Origin: a bacterium
GTDB lineage: Bacteria > SAR324 > XYD2-FULL-50-16 > G965216635
Assembly (NCBI GenBank): GCA_965261475.1
Contig: OZ253454.1
Location: forward strand, 735,813-799,812
Reading direction: 5' to 3'
DNA: 64,000 bases
In this document: positions 38,428 through 46,969 of the stretch, one piece after another
Numbering within the stretch: the stretch's first letter is position 1
Layout of the letters: each line of letters opens with the position of its first letter
Notes under the pieces: generated by a model
Told to the model about the DNA's origin: nothing
What the model saw: only the letters and a program-made list of their open reading frames with translations
Databases searched by the model: none
Translations under genes and position numbers: made by a program

Positions 38428-38859
38428 TCACTCTACTAGTTCATTGTTTTTCCACCAAAAAATATTATTCTCTAGGGGGTCGTAATACCGAATTTTATTG
38501 TAAACTCTAATATTCACTCCTTGGTGCTCGCTAGCCTCATGAAGTAGCCTATCTCCTATTAAAAGTATCCCCATAAAAACACCTTCTGCTCTAATAGCTT
38601 GTAATCCGTAAGCAGAACCAGTAGGATAGCTAGGGCTTCTAGCTCCATCTAAAGGACTAATGAATTTGGAATAAAAAAGTATCATGCTACCAAAAACAAC
38701 CTCATTGAGTGAGAGCTCTTTGTTAGTAACTTGGCGAGTGTCAAAAGTAAAAGGAGATTTCATATTCGCAAGACAAGTTTGAGAAAAAAACAAGAATAAA
38801 AAAATAATAGTAACAGATTGCACTCTATTCTTTAGGAGGAAAAAAAATAATAATTTCAT
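38428..38859 (-). CDS. YidD-like (DUF37) protein lacking the conserved cysteines, with an N-terminal hydrophobic extension
   Basis: ILFYSKFISPLDGARSPSYPTGSAYGLQAIRAEGVFMGILLIGDRLL matches the YidD core, but CRF->ARS, PTCS->PTGS and RCHP->LHEA. Confidence 0.4.
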   Translation of the reverse strand: MKLLFFFLLKNRVQSVTIIFLFLFFSQTCLANMKSPFTFDTRQVTNKELSLNEVVFGSMILFYSKFISPLDGARSPSYPTGSAYGLQAIRAEGVFMGILLIGDRLLHEASEHQGVNIRVYNKIRYYDPLENNIFWWKNNELVE

Positions 38860-39115
38860 TTTTTTTAATATATAGAAGTTTATCTTTAATTATGTGCTCG
38901 TAATAACTATCTTTTGTTTGTAGGGCTTTAAGCTGCTCTCGCATAATATTTTCGCTAGCTTTCTTTTTTTGAATTCTTTGATTTAGTTTTTTACTTCTTT
39001 GCTCTAATTTAGAATAAGCTACCACTCCTCTTTCTCCTAAAAAAAGAAAAAAAAGGCTCACAAAGCAAACAAAAGACATGCTCCAGCTAAAAATTTTAAG
39101 TTTGTTTTTATTCAC
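38825..39115 (-). CDS. ftsB: Septum formation initiator FtsB/DivIC-like (TM plus coiled coil)
   Basis: 96 aa with an N-terminal TM (FVCFVSLFFLFLG) followed by a leucine-zipper-like coiled coil. Confidence 0.5.
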   Translation of the reverse strand: MNKNKLKIFSWSMSFVCFVSLFFLFLGERGVVAYSKLEQRSKKLNQRIQKKKASENIMREQLKALQTKDSYYEHIIKDKLLYIKKNEIIIFFPPKE

Positions 39116-39506
39116 AACATACTAGCTCGTTAGTTTGAAAATTGTACTCTCTATAAAAGCAACTTGTTCTAGCTTGGTCATTCTTTTTCTTTGTATGACA
39201 AATTCCTCCTTTTTGAGCTTCTACTATAAAAAGCAAACTATTTTGCTCACAATTTACAAAAATTTTATCTATTAAAAAACTATTGCCAGAAGACGCGCCT
39301 TTCACCCACAGGCAATCTCTAGACCTACTCCAAAGAGTAAGGATCTTAGTAGTAACAGATTGATGGAAAGCCTTGTCATTTAAATAAGCGAGTAGTAGTA
39401 CTTTTTTACTATTTTTTTCTTGTATAACCACTGGAATAAGCGTTTGGTGATTTGCACTTGTAATTTTTTGAAAATCCAAGTTTAATTGTGTTGTATCTTC
39501 AAGCAT
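39108..39506 (-). CDS. hisI: Phosphoribosyl-AMP cyclohydrolase (HisI) homologue with a divergent acidic motif
   Basis: LAYLNDKAF...LWSRSRDCLWVKGASSGN...CHTKKK...SCFY aligns to the E. coli HisI domain (LGYMNPEAL...FFSRTKQRLWTKGETSGN...CHKG..SCF). DCDND is replaced by NCEQN. Confidence 0.7.
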   Translation of the reverse strand: MLEDTTQLNLDFQKITSANHQTLIPVVIQEKNSKKVLLLAYLNDKAFHQSVTTKILTLWSRSRDCLWVKGASSGNSFLIDKIFVNCEQNSLLFIVEAQKGGICHTKKKNDQARTSCFYREYNFQTNELVCCE

Positions 39507-39516
39507 TTTTATACAG

Positions 39517-40053
39517 ATGAATATCTTAATTATCTCTAGAGAGGAAACACCAGGTTATATAGAATACTATTTACAAAAAAATAATGTAAAGCTTTTTTAT
39601 GCCAAAGGGAGCATTAAATGTCAATGTATTTTAAAAGAAACACCAATTAACTACATACTGTTTTTCGTAGGTAAAAATATTGAAAAAATTCTTGATGATA
39701 TTTTAACAGTTATCAACCAAACAACTATACCAGTAATTGTTTGTGCTAAACAAAAACTCCACAACCTAGCTTTAACTAATTATTATAGCAGTATTGCTTT
39801 AGCAAAAAATGCAGATGAGGTCATATCCGAATTAGATCTTTATTTAAATAATCTAAACAATAAAAATACCAGAAAAACAAAAGAAATTTCTAATTTAATT
39901 TTTAAAAATTTTTTTAAAAAAATCTTAAAAAAAAAAATATTATCTAACACCAATCAAAAATCATCCTTGTCTCTTTCTTCCAATCTTGATGTTTCCGTTA
40001 ATGAAAAAAATGAGTTATTAAAAAATCTAAAAAAATTAACAAAAAGAAAGTAA
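39517..40053 (+). CDS. Hypothetical protein: receiver-like (pseudo-receiver) N-terminal domain plus a lysine-rich basic tail
   Basis: MNILIIS...PINYILFFVG...IPVIVCAKQ follows a CheY-like beta-alpha pattern but lacks the acidic pocket and the phospho-Asp. The C-terminal 70 aa are K/N-rich. Confidence 0.3.
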   Translation: MNILIISREETPGYIEYYLQKNNVKLFYAKGSIKCQCILKETPINYILFFVGKNIEKILDDILTVINQTTIPVIVCAKQKLHNLALTNYYSSIALAKNADEVISELDLYLNNLNNKNTRKTKEISNLIFKNFFKKILKKKILSNTNQKSSLSLSSNLDVSVNEKNELLKNLKKLTKRK

Positions 40054-40243
40054 AAACACGCGTTTTTACTCAAAAAACTTGCAAAAAAAGGAACTCTCTA
40101 GCATACTACTCCTGTAACTAACTCTTGTGAGTCTAAACAAAGTTTATAATTATAGCTGAAGGGTTAATTATTTTTGCATTTTTATTGATCTTATTCTCAA
40201 AATTTCATGGAATGCCTATTGATAACCTTAAACTAGACTTTGA

Positions 40244-42109
40244 ATGTCAGAAAATTTAGTAAATGCAGCTAATTTAGTTGCAAAAAAAACAACAATGAAG
40301 ACACCTGTTGAAGATAAAAACTTAAAAACACAGGAATCACTAAAAACTGAGGCTCTAAAAGAGCAAGAATCGCTTCAAAACAAATTCCTAACGAACATTA
40401 TATTTGAGCAAGACAATATTGTAGCAAGAGAAAAAATACTTGCTGAGGGCAAAAATTTTAAAAATAATACAGTGGTAGTTGGCAAGGTTGTTGAGATTAC
40501 TAATGATTTTGTAGCTATAGATATCAAGCATAAATCTATAGGTTTAATTCCAAAAGATCAATTCATTGACCCTCAAGGAGAATTTACAGCTGAAGTAGGC
40601 AAAGAAGAAAAAGTATACTTAGAAAGATTAGAAGATGCTGAGGGGCAAATCAAGCTGTCTAAGAAAAAGTATATAATGCTGGAAGTTTGGGATAAAGTGC
40701 ATAATATATACGAAAATGAAGGAACTATTAGTGGCACTATTATAGAGAAAACGAAAGGAGGCATGAAAGTAGATATAGGAGTTGTTGCCTTTTTACCAAA
40801 TTCTCAAATAGATCTAAAACCTGTGCTTAATTTATCTTCAATAATTGGTAAAATTTATGATTTTAAAATTCTTAAATACAATAAGAAAAAAGCAAATATT
40901 GTACTTTCCCGTAGAGCACTACTAGAAATAGATAGATTTACAAAAAGATCAGAAACTATTAAAAAAATTAAAGAAGGAGCTATCACTAAAGGAGTTGTCA
41001 AAAATATTATGCCATATGGTGTATTTGTAGATATTGGAGGTATAGATGGATTGCTACATATCACTGATATGACTTGGGGTAGGACTGCCCATCCTTCCAG
41101 TATTTGTAAATTAGGCGATGAAATAGAGGTGGTGATTTTGAAACTTGATTTAGAAAAAAATAAAGTTGCATTAGGATTGAAACAAAAAACAGAAGATCCT
41201 TGGAATGATATCTCTGATTTACATGTTGATGATATTATACACGGCAAAGTTATCAATTCAGAAAGCTACGGAATTTTTATTGAAATTAAGCCAGGCATAG
41301 AAGGATTGATACATACTTCTCAAATTTCTTGGTCAAAAACTGAAACCGTGAAAACAGAGCAATTAAGAAAAATTGGTAGTACTGTCAAAGCAATTATCAA
41401 AGAAATCAATCAAGAAAATCGTAGAATTTCTCTTTCTATTAAAGAATTAGAGCCAAATATCTGGCAAGAAACAGATAAAAAGCTTAAAAAGGGAGATACT
41501 GTCGATGTAGTCATCAATTCTATTGTAGAATATGGAATATTTGTTACTCTTGACGAAGGCATAGAAGGTTTAATACATAATTCTGATATTAGTTGGAATA
41601 CCAGGTCTCTAGATTTCCAAACAATCTATCAACCAGGTGATAGACTCCAAGCTAAAGTGCGTGTTTTAGAGGTAGATAACGAAAGATTAGCTTTAAGTAT
41701 CAAACACCTTACTTATAACCCCTGGCTAGATATAGAAAGTAAAATTGGTGTAGGAGACATTATAGAAGCTAAAATTGTCTTTATAGAAAATTACGGAATT
41801 TTTTTAGAGATTTATGGAGTAGAGGGATTGTTACATCACAACAAACTTAGTCCAGAATTAAACACCAAAAAAAAACTAGAAGAAAAATATACCATAGGCA
41901 ATAGTATGAATGTTAAAGTTTTAAAACTAAATGTGAAGGATCACAAATTAGCTTTTTCGTTGCCAAAAGCAACAAAGGCTATTGAAAAAATAGCAGAAAT
42001 CAAACTCAATGCCATTGACGATAAAAACGCAGAAATTTTAGACACCAAAACAAATCCTCCAACCACTAATAACGAAGAGGGAATAAATAAAACCGATAAA
42101 ACTACATAG
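40244..42109 (+). CDS. rpsA: 30S ribosomal protein S1 (six S1 domains)
   Basis: Six tandem S1 repeats (G.V..I..YGIF..I.....GL.H.S) across 621 aa. Confidence 0.9.
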   Translation: MSENLVNAANLVAKKTTMKTPVEDKNLKTQESLKTEALKEQESLQNKFLTNIIFEQDNIVAREKILAEGKNFKNNTVVVGKVVEITNDFVAIDIKHKSIGLIPKDQFIDPQGEFTAEVGKEEKVYLERLEDAEGQIKLSKKKYIMLEVWDKVHNIYENEGTISGTIIEKTKGGMKVDIGVVAFLPNSQIDLKPVLNLSSIIGKIYDFKILKYNKKKANIVLSRRALLEIDRFTKRSETIKKIKEGAITKGVVKNIMPYGVFVDIGGIDGLLHITDMTWGRTAHPSSICKLGDEIEVVILKLDLEKNKVALGLKQKTEDPWNDISDLHVDDIIHGKVINSESYGIFIEIKPGIEGLIHTSQISWSKTETVKTEQLRKIGSTVKAIIKEINQENRRISLSIKELEPNIWQETDKKLKKGDTVDVVINSIVEYGIFVTLDEGIEGLIHNSDISWNTRSLDFQTIYQPGDRLQAKVRVLEVDNERLALSIKHLTYNPWLDIESKIGVGDIIEAKIVFIENYGIFLEIYGVEGLLHHNKLSPELNTKKKLEEKYTIGNSMNVKVLKLNVKDHKLAFSLPKATKAIEKIAEIKLNAIDDKNAEILDTKTNPPTTNNEEGINKTDKTT

Positions 42110-42142
42110 AAAAAGGAATTATAAACTATACTTTTATTTTTT

Positions 42143-43396
42143 ATGAATTTAATAGGTATTAGCTATAAACAAATTCCTGTAGAAATTAGAGAAAATATTG
42201 TGATAAATAAACAAGAACTACCTTCTCTTTTACGAAGACTAGCACAAAAATTTTCTATAGAAGAATTATTGATTTTATCTACTTGTAACAGAACAGAAAT
42301 CTATTACATTCCATTTAAAACACAAGAAAATTTATCTAGAGAAATTTTTGACGATCTTTTAAAATTTAAAGAATTTACCACAAAAAATTTACCTGTGTTT
42401 ATTAAGGAAGGCAAAGATTCTTATAGGTATCTTTTTCGTGTAGCTAGTGGGTTAGAATCTATGATTATTGGAGAATCTCAAATACTTGCTCAAATCAAAA
42501 ATGCCGTTAAAATCTCTAAAGAACATCATCTTTTCCGTCCTAAATTAGAATATATTTTTCAAAAAATGCTTTATACCGCAAAAAAAATTCGCTCAGAAAC
42601 TAAAATATCGGAAAATGCTGTTTCTGTAGGAACGGTTGCAGTAGAGCTAACAAAAACTATTTTTGATAATTTATCCCAAAAACGAATATTAGTTATAGGA
42701 GCAGGGGAAACTTCAGAGTTAATTTTACAACATTTAAAGAAAAATGGCGTGTCTCGTATTTTTATTACCAATAGAACTTTCAAAAATACTTTAAAATTAG
42801 CAGAAAAATTTCACGGCTCTGCAATTTGGTATGAGGAGCGTTACAATTATTTACAAGATGTAGATATTGTAATTTCTTCTACAGGAGCAGATGGTTTAGT
42901 AATAACAAAATCTTTAGCTGCAGAGTCGATAAAAAAAAGAAAAAACCCTATTTTTTTTATTGATATTGCTATCCCAAGAGATATTGACCCTCAAATAGCT
43001 AATTTATCAAACAGTTATATTTATCATATAGACGATTTACAAAAAGTTATTTATTCTAATTACGATTTAAGAAAAAAAGAATCTACCAAAGCAGAGATTA
43101 TTTTGGAAAACGAATTAGAAGATTTTTGGCATTCATTAGGATGGAAAAAAAAAAGTTTTTTAGTAGAAGCACTAAAAACAAAACAAAAAAAAATTACGCA
43201 ACAAGAGCTAGATATTTTATTTACAAAAAATCCAATTCTCAAAAATAATAAATATGCAATAGAGAATTTAGTATATAGAGTAACTCAAAAATTCTTACAT
43301 GATCCTTGTTTATTTTTAAAAAAACAATATTCTAGCGAAGCAAAAGAAATTTTTAGCAATATTTTTGGTATTGCTCCTGTAAAAGAAAAAAAATAG
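42143..43396 (+). CDS. hemA: Glutamyl-tRNA reductase
   Basis: LSTCNRTEIY active-site motif and the NADPH-binding GAGE segment. Confidence 0.9.
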   Translation: MNLIGISYKQIPVEIRENIVINKQELPSLLRRLAQKFSIEELLILSTCNRTEIYYIPFKTQENLSREIFDDLLKFKEFTTKNLPVFIKEGKDSYRYLFRVASGLESMIIGESQILAQIKNAVKISKEHHLFRPKLEYIFQKMLYTAKKIRSETKISENAVSVGTVAVELTKTIFDNLSQKRILVIGAGETSELILQHLKKNGVSRIFITNRTFKNTLKLAEKFHGSAIWYEERYNYLQDVDIVISSTGADGLVITKSLAAESIKKRKNPIFFIDIAIPRDIDPQIANLSNSYIYHIDDLQKVIYSNYDLRKKESTKAEIILENELEDFWHSLGWKKKSFLVEALKTKQKKITQQELDILFTKNPILKNNKYAIENLVYRVTQKFLHDPCLFLKKQYSSEAKEIFSNIFGIAPVKEKK

Positions 43397-43428
43397 CAAA
43401 TATATTAAAAACCAAACAAAAAATAAAA

Positions 43429-43830
43429 ATGAGTAGAAAATTTAGGGTGCCTGTTCCACAAAAACCCAAAAAAAAATATAAAATTCAAATTCCAAAAGCA
43501 AAGATCACATTAGAGGTAGATCCTGAAAAAATTCCCTATGATAGACACGGTATCCCAGGAAGCATTTTAGAAAGAGTTTGTTCTACCAATGAAGACCTTA
43601 TAGAGCACGCTTGCGGAGGAGTACAAGCTTGCTCTACTTGTCATATTTATGTTACCAAAGGTCTGCAAACATGTACGCCAGCTTCAGAGAGAGAGGAGGA
43701 CTACCTAGATAACGCCAGAGGAGTTAAAATAAATTCTCGACTAGCTTGTTGCGTAGTACCAGATGGCACTCAAGATTTAGAAATAGAAATTCCTACTTGG
43801 AATGTCAACCTAATCAAAGAAGGGCATTAA
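43429..43830 (+). CDS. fdx: [2Fe-2S] ferredoxin, ISC/adrenodoxin type
   Basis: CGGVQACSTCHIY plus a distal Cys (LACC). The N-terminal ~35-aa basic extension may reflect a mis-called start. Confidence 0.75.
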   Translation: MSRKFRVPVPQKPKKKYKIQIPKAKITLEVDPEKIPYDRHGIPGSILERVCSTNEDLIEHACGGVQACSTCHIYVTKGLQTCTPASEREEDYLDNARGVKINSRLACCVVPDGTQDLEIEIPTWNVNLIKEGH

Positions 43831-43874
43831 TAAATCTCAACACCTGCTACAAGTTATTTGTTAGCTCTAAAATA

Positions 43875-43898
43875 CTGCACCTCTAGTTCATAGTGCAG
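43875..43898 (-). terminator. Weak stem-loop (CTGCAC/GTGCAG, 12-nt loop) between the convergent fdx and ABC genes
   Basis: On the minus strand it is preceded by U8 and followed by UAUUUU. Only 6 bp of stem. Confidence 0.2.
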
Positions 43899-43921
43899 CG
43901 TAAAAAAAATTGTTAGCAATG

Positions 43922-45379
43922 CTATTTTGTATTTAAAAAGAGAATATTATCTGCAACAGATTCTAAAAGATTTTTATCGTGGCTGACAATTAGATAAGCT
44001 GCTTCAGTTTTTCTTTGGTAATCTAGTAGGTGTTCTATAATTTTTTTTTGATTCTTATCATCTAAAAAAGATGTAGGTTCATCTAATAACAATAGCTGCG
44101 GTGCATAAAGATAAATTCTTGCTAAGGCTAAGCGTTGTTTTTGCCCAGCAGAGAGCTGATAGGAATAAGATTGCAATAATTCCAATGGTAAAGAAAATTT
44201 TTCTAAAATATTTAAAATTTTATTTTGTTTTGCTATTTTCCCCAAATTATTTTGATATTTATTTACTCCTTCGCATATGATCTTTTCTATAGAAATCTTT
44301 GGAGATAAAGAAGCATCTGGATCTTGAAAGACAGGAGCAATATTCCTTCTATAATCTCTCCAATCACTTTTTTGAAAGGAATTAGTTTCTTTGCCTTTCC
44401 AAACAATCTTCCCTGTGTGAGGTAGCAGTTGTAATAACGCTCTAATCAATGTAGTTTTTCCGCTGCCAGAAATACCCATAACTCCTAAAATCTGTCCTTT
44501 TGCTAGCGTTAAATTGCAATCTTTGATAATATTTTTTTTTTTCCAAAAACCTATCGGATAATCTACTGAAAGATTTTTTGTTTGCAATAATATTGCTGAC
44601 TTCTTATTACTAGTATTTGTTTTAAAAAAAACGTTGTTTTTATTTTTTGGAGGCACAAAATATTCTCTCAAGTAACAATCTTTAATTTCATAAAATTTTG
44701 GTTTCATTTGAGAAAATAAAGATAAACGATGACTGATAAACAAAATACCTACATTGTGCTTGGCTTGATAATCTCCTAGAACTTTTAGAATAATTTGTAA
44801 GGTTTGACTATCTAGTGCAGTAGTCGGTTCATCTGCTATAAGTATTTTAGGTTTATTGATCAAAGCAATAACTAATAAAATTCTTTGTCTTTGACCTCCA
44901 GATAATTGATGCGGATAGTAATCATAAAATTGTGGTAAAAGAGCTACTTTTTGTAAAAATTTTTTAATTATAAGTTTTTTTTTTGCTAAATTAAGAGATG
45001 TACTAAAGGCTTCTAAAATTTGAAATCCTATTTTTTTTTGTGGATGCAAGGAGCTCAGCGAATCTTGGAAAATAATTTTGACTTCTTTCTTTCTATAATA
45101 GTTTAATTGTTTATCATTCATAGCTAATACACTTTTTCCTTTCCATAAAATATCTCCATTTGTTACTAAAAAATTTTTTTTATTTTGTAATTGCAACAAA
45201 TGAAGCGCTAGAGAAGTTTTGCCAACACCAGATTCACCAACTAAAACAACACAATCTCTACTAGATAAATTAAAATTAACATTTTTGAGCAAAGCGATTG
45301 CTCCATTTGGTTTACTAATACATAAATCCAAATTTTTAATTTCTAATAATCTTTCTTTCATTGTCTTGTAGGGCAGCAC
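43922..45379 (-). CDS. ABC transporter ATP-binding protein with duplicated ATPase domains (DppD/F- or YejF-like), with no adjacent permease
   Basis: Two Walker A motifs (GESGVGKTS, GISGSGKTT), two signature motifs (LSGGQRQR, LSAGQKQR) and two Walker B motifs (ILIADEPT, LLLLDEPT). Confidence 0.8.
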   Translation of the reverse strand: MLPYKTMKERLLEIKNLDLCISKPNGAIALLKNVNFNLSSRDCVVLVGESGVGKTSLALHLLQLQNKKNFLVTNGDILWKGKSVLAMNDKQLNYYRKKEVKIIFQDSLSSLHPQKKIGFQILEAFSTSLNLAKKKLIIKKFLQKVALLPQFYDYYPHQLSGGQRQRILLVIALINKPKILIADEPTTALDSQTLQIILKVLGDYQAKHNVGILFISHRLSLFSQMKPKFYEIKDCYLREYFVPPKNKNNVFFKTNTSNKKSAILLQTKNLSVDYPIGFWKKKNIIKDCNLTLAKGQILGVMGISGSGKTTLIRALLQLLPHTGKIVWKGKETNSFQKSDWRDYRRNIAPVFQDPDASLSPKISIEKIICEGVNKYQNNLGKIAKQNKILNILEKFSLPLELLQSYSYQLSAGQKQRLALARIYLYAPQLLLLDEPTSFLDDKNQKKIIEHLLDYQRKTEAAYLIVSHDKNLLESVADNILFLNTK

Positions 45380-46064
45380 CGTAAGCTAATGTATAAGTAT
45401 CTAATTTACTGAACTTAATTTTTGTTGTTAACTCCTGATGAATAGATGATATTTGAAAATTTGTTAATAAAGTATTTTTTTGATCTTTGTTATCAGAAAA
45501 AAAAACAATTAGTTCTGGATCATATAAATTAACAATAGTAGTAATTAATTTTGTATATTTTGTTTTGCTAGTATCTTTTGCTGTCAACAAATATTCCTTT
45601 AAATATATTTGTTTGCGGTTGCAATCTATATCAACGCTCCATTTACCTAAAAAACTTTCTGTAACTATCTGTTTTTTAAATAAAAAAGCTCCTTTCAAAC
45701 TAGGTAGTGCAACAAGCATTAGAGATTTTTTTTTTGGAAACTCAAAATATACAACTGCTAATCCTAAACAAGAGATAAAAGTATAAAAATAACATTTTAA
45801 CGATAAACATTGTGCTATATTTTCTTTTAATTTTTGTTTTTTTTGATAATTTTGTGCTACGAAAAAATTATGGGAGATAATAATATTCAAAGTTATTTTT
45901 TTTTCTACTTCACTACAAGGTAGAATTGTCTGCACAAAATTATTTATTATCTGTAAATATTGATCTTTATAAAAATTTATTTTTTTTTTAAAAACCAACT
46001 TGTTGTCCTTGTTTAACAAAACAAAATAAATATCTGATTTTTGTATATTAATTCCTAATTGCAT
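45336..46064 (-). CDS. Hypothetical protein, possibly a TsaB/YeaZ-like tsaD paralogue
   Basis: N-terminus MQLGINIQKSDIYFVLLNKDNKLV resembles the TsaB start (MRILAIDTATE..VALL). Similarity is weak. Overlaps the ABC gene start by 44 nt. Confidence 0.25.
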   Translation of the reverse strand: MQLGINIQKSDIYFVLLNKDNKLVFKKKINFYKDQYLQIINNFVQTILPCSEVEKKITLNIIISHNFFVAQNYQKKQKLKENIAQCLSLKCYFYTFISCLGLAVVYFEFPKKKSLMLVALPSLKGAFLFKKQIVTESFLGKWSVDIDCNRKQIYLKEYLLTAKDTSKTKYTKLITTIVNLYDPELIVFFSDNKDQKNTLLTNFQISSIHQELTTKIKFSKLDTYTLAYGAALQDNERKIIRN

Positions 46065-46131
46065 GCAATAAAGTTTGAATGTACTTTGCTTATCACCTAT
46101 GATAGTATTTAAACTTAAAAAATAAACTAGT

Positions 46132-46458
46132 TTGCTTATGAAAGAACATATTGAAAACTTAATATTAGAAATAAATCAAAATAAATGTCAGGTATTTGAT
46201 ATTAGAGAGCAGACAGAGTGGAGTGCAGGCTTTATAAAAAAATCTTTACTACAACCATTAAGTTTATTAAAAAAAGGCAAACTATCTCAAAATGCAGATA
46301 GAAATAAAAAAACATATCTTTATTGCTCCAATGGAAAAAGAGTTTTTGCGGCGTGTAATTTATTACAAGCGATGGGATTTAAAAATATTATTCCTCTGAA
46401 AGAAGGAATTTATGAATTGAATTTTTTAGGTTTAGATATACAAAGCAATGTTTTATAA
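46132..46458 (+). CDS. Single-domain rhodanese-like sulfurtransferase
   Basis: Active-site loop YLYCSNGKR (Cys-x-x-Gly-x-Arg). Confidence 0.6.
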   Translation: MLMKEHIENLILEINQNKCQVFDIREQTEWSAGFIKKSLLQPLSLLKKGKLSQNADRNKKTYLYCSNGKRVFAACNLLQAMGFKNIIPLKEGIYELNFLGLDIQSNVL

Positions 46459-46921
46459 AAATAAATTTGCTAATGGCACTACTACCTCTAGTTTATTTGG
46501 AGGTGGTAGTAAGTTTCACGGTGAAATTTTATTCGACGATATTCTACGGTTAGATGGCGAAATACAAGGTAAAATTATTGCTAAAAGTAACAAAATTAGC
46601 ACTCTATTGATTGGAAAAAATGCTAAAGTTAAAGCTGATATCGTCGCGGATAATATTATTGTAGCAGGACAGCTAATAGGTAAGGTGTATGCAACTCAAA
46701 AACTAGAGATAAAAAAAAACGCACAATACGAAGGGATGGCTTTTGTCGCAGAGTTAATAATCCAAAAAAATTCTTTATTCCACGGACAATCTTATATGAT
46801 CAAGCATCTTAGTTTAGAGCAAAGATGCAATATTAAAATAGGTTTTCAAAAAAAACACTTTAATATTGACTCTGGTTTGTTAGAAAAGTTCAATTATCCT
46901 GTTTATCAACAATTACAATAA
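46448..46921 (+). CDS. Bactofilin-family cytoskeletal protein
   Basis: Repetitive beta-helix pattern GEIQGKIIAKSNKISTLLIGKNAKVKADIVADNIIVAGQLIGKV typical of the bactofilin/DUF583 core. Confidence 0.55.
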   Translation: MFYKNKFANGTTTSSLFGGGSKFHGEILFDDILRLDGEIQGKIIAKSNKISTLLIGKNAKVKADIVADNIIVAGQLIGKVYATQKLEIKKNAQYEGMAFVAELIIQKNSLFHGQSYMIKHLSLEQRCNIKIGFQKKHFNIDSGLLEKFNYPVYQQLQ

Positions 46922-46969
46922 GAACTCAATAACTAATCAAAGGTCAACTAACAATAGTTTGATTTTCTT

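Noticed and set aside
43429-43830. A novel N-terminally extended ferredoxin
   Set aside because: The ~35-aa basic leader has no counterpart in ISC ferredoxins and contains no alternative Met. The start may simply be mis-called (a non-ATG start further in), so I do not treat it as a real feature.
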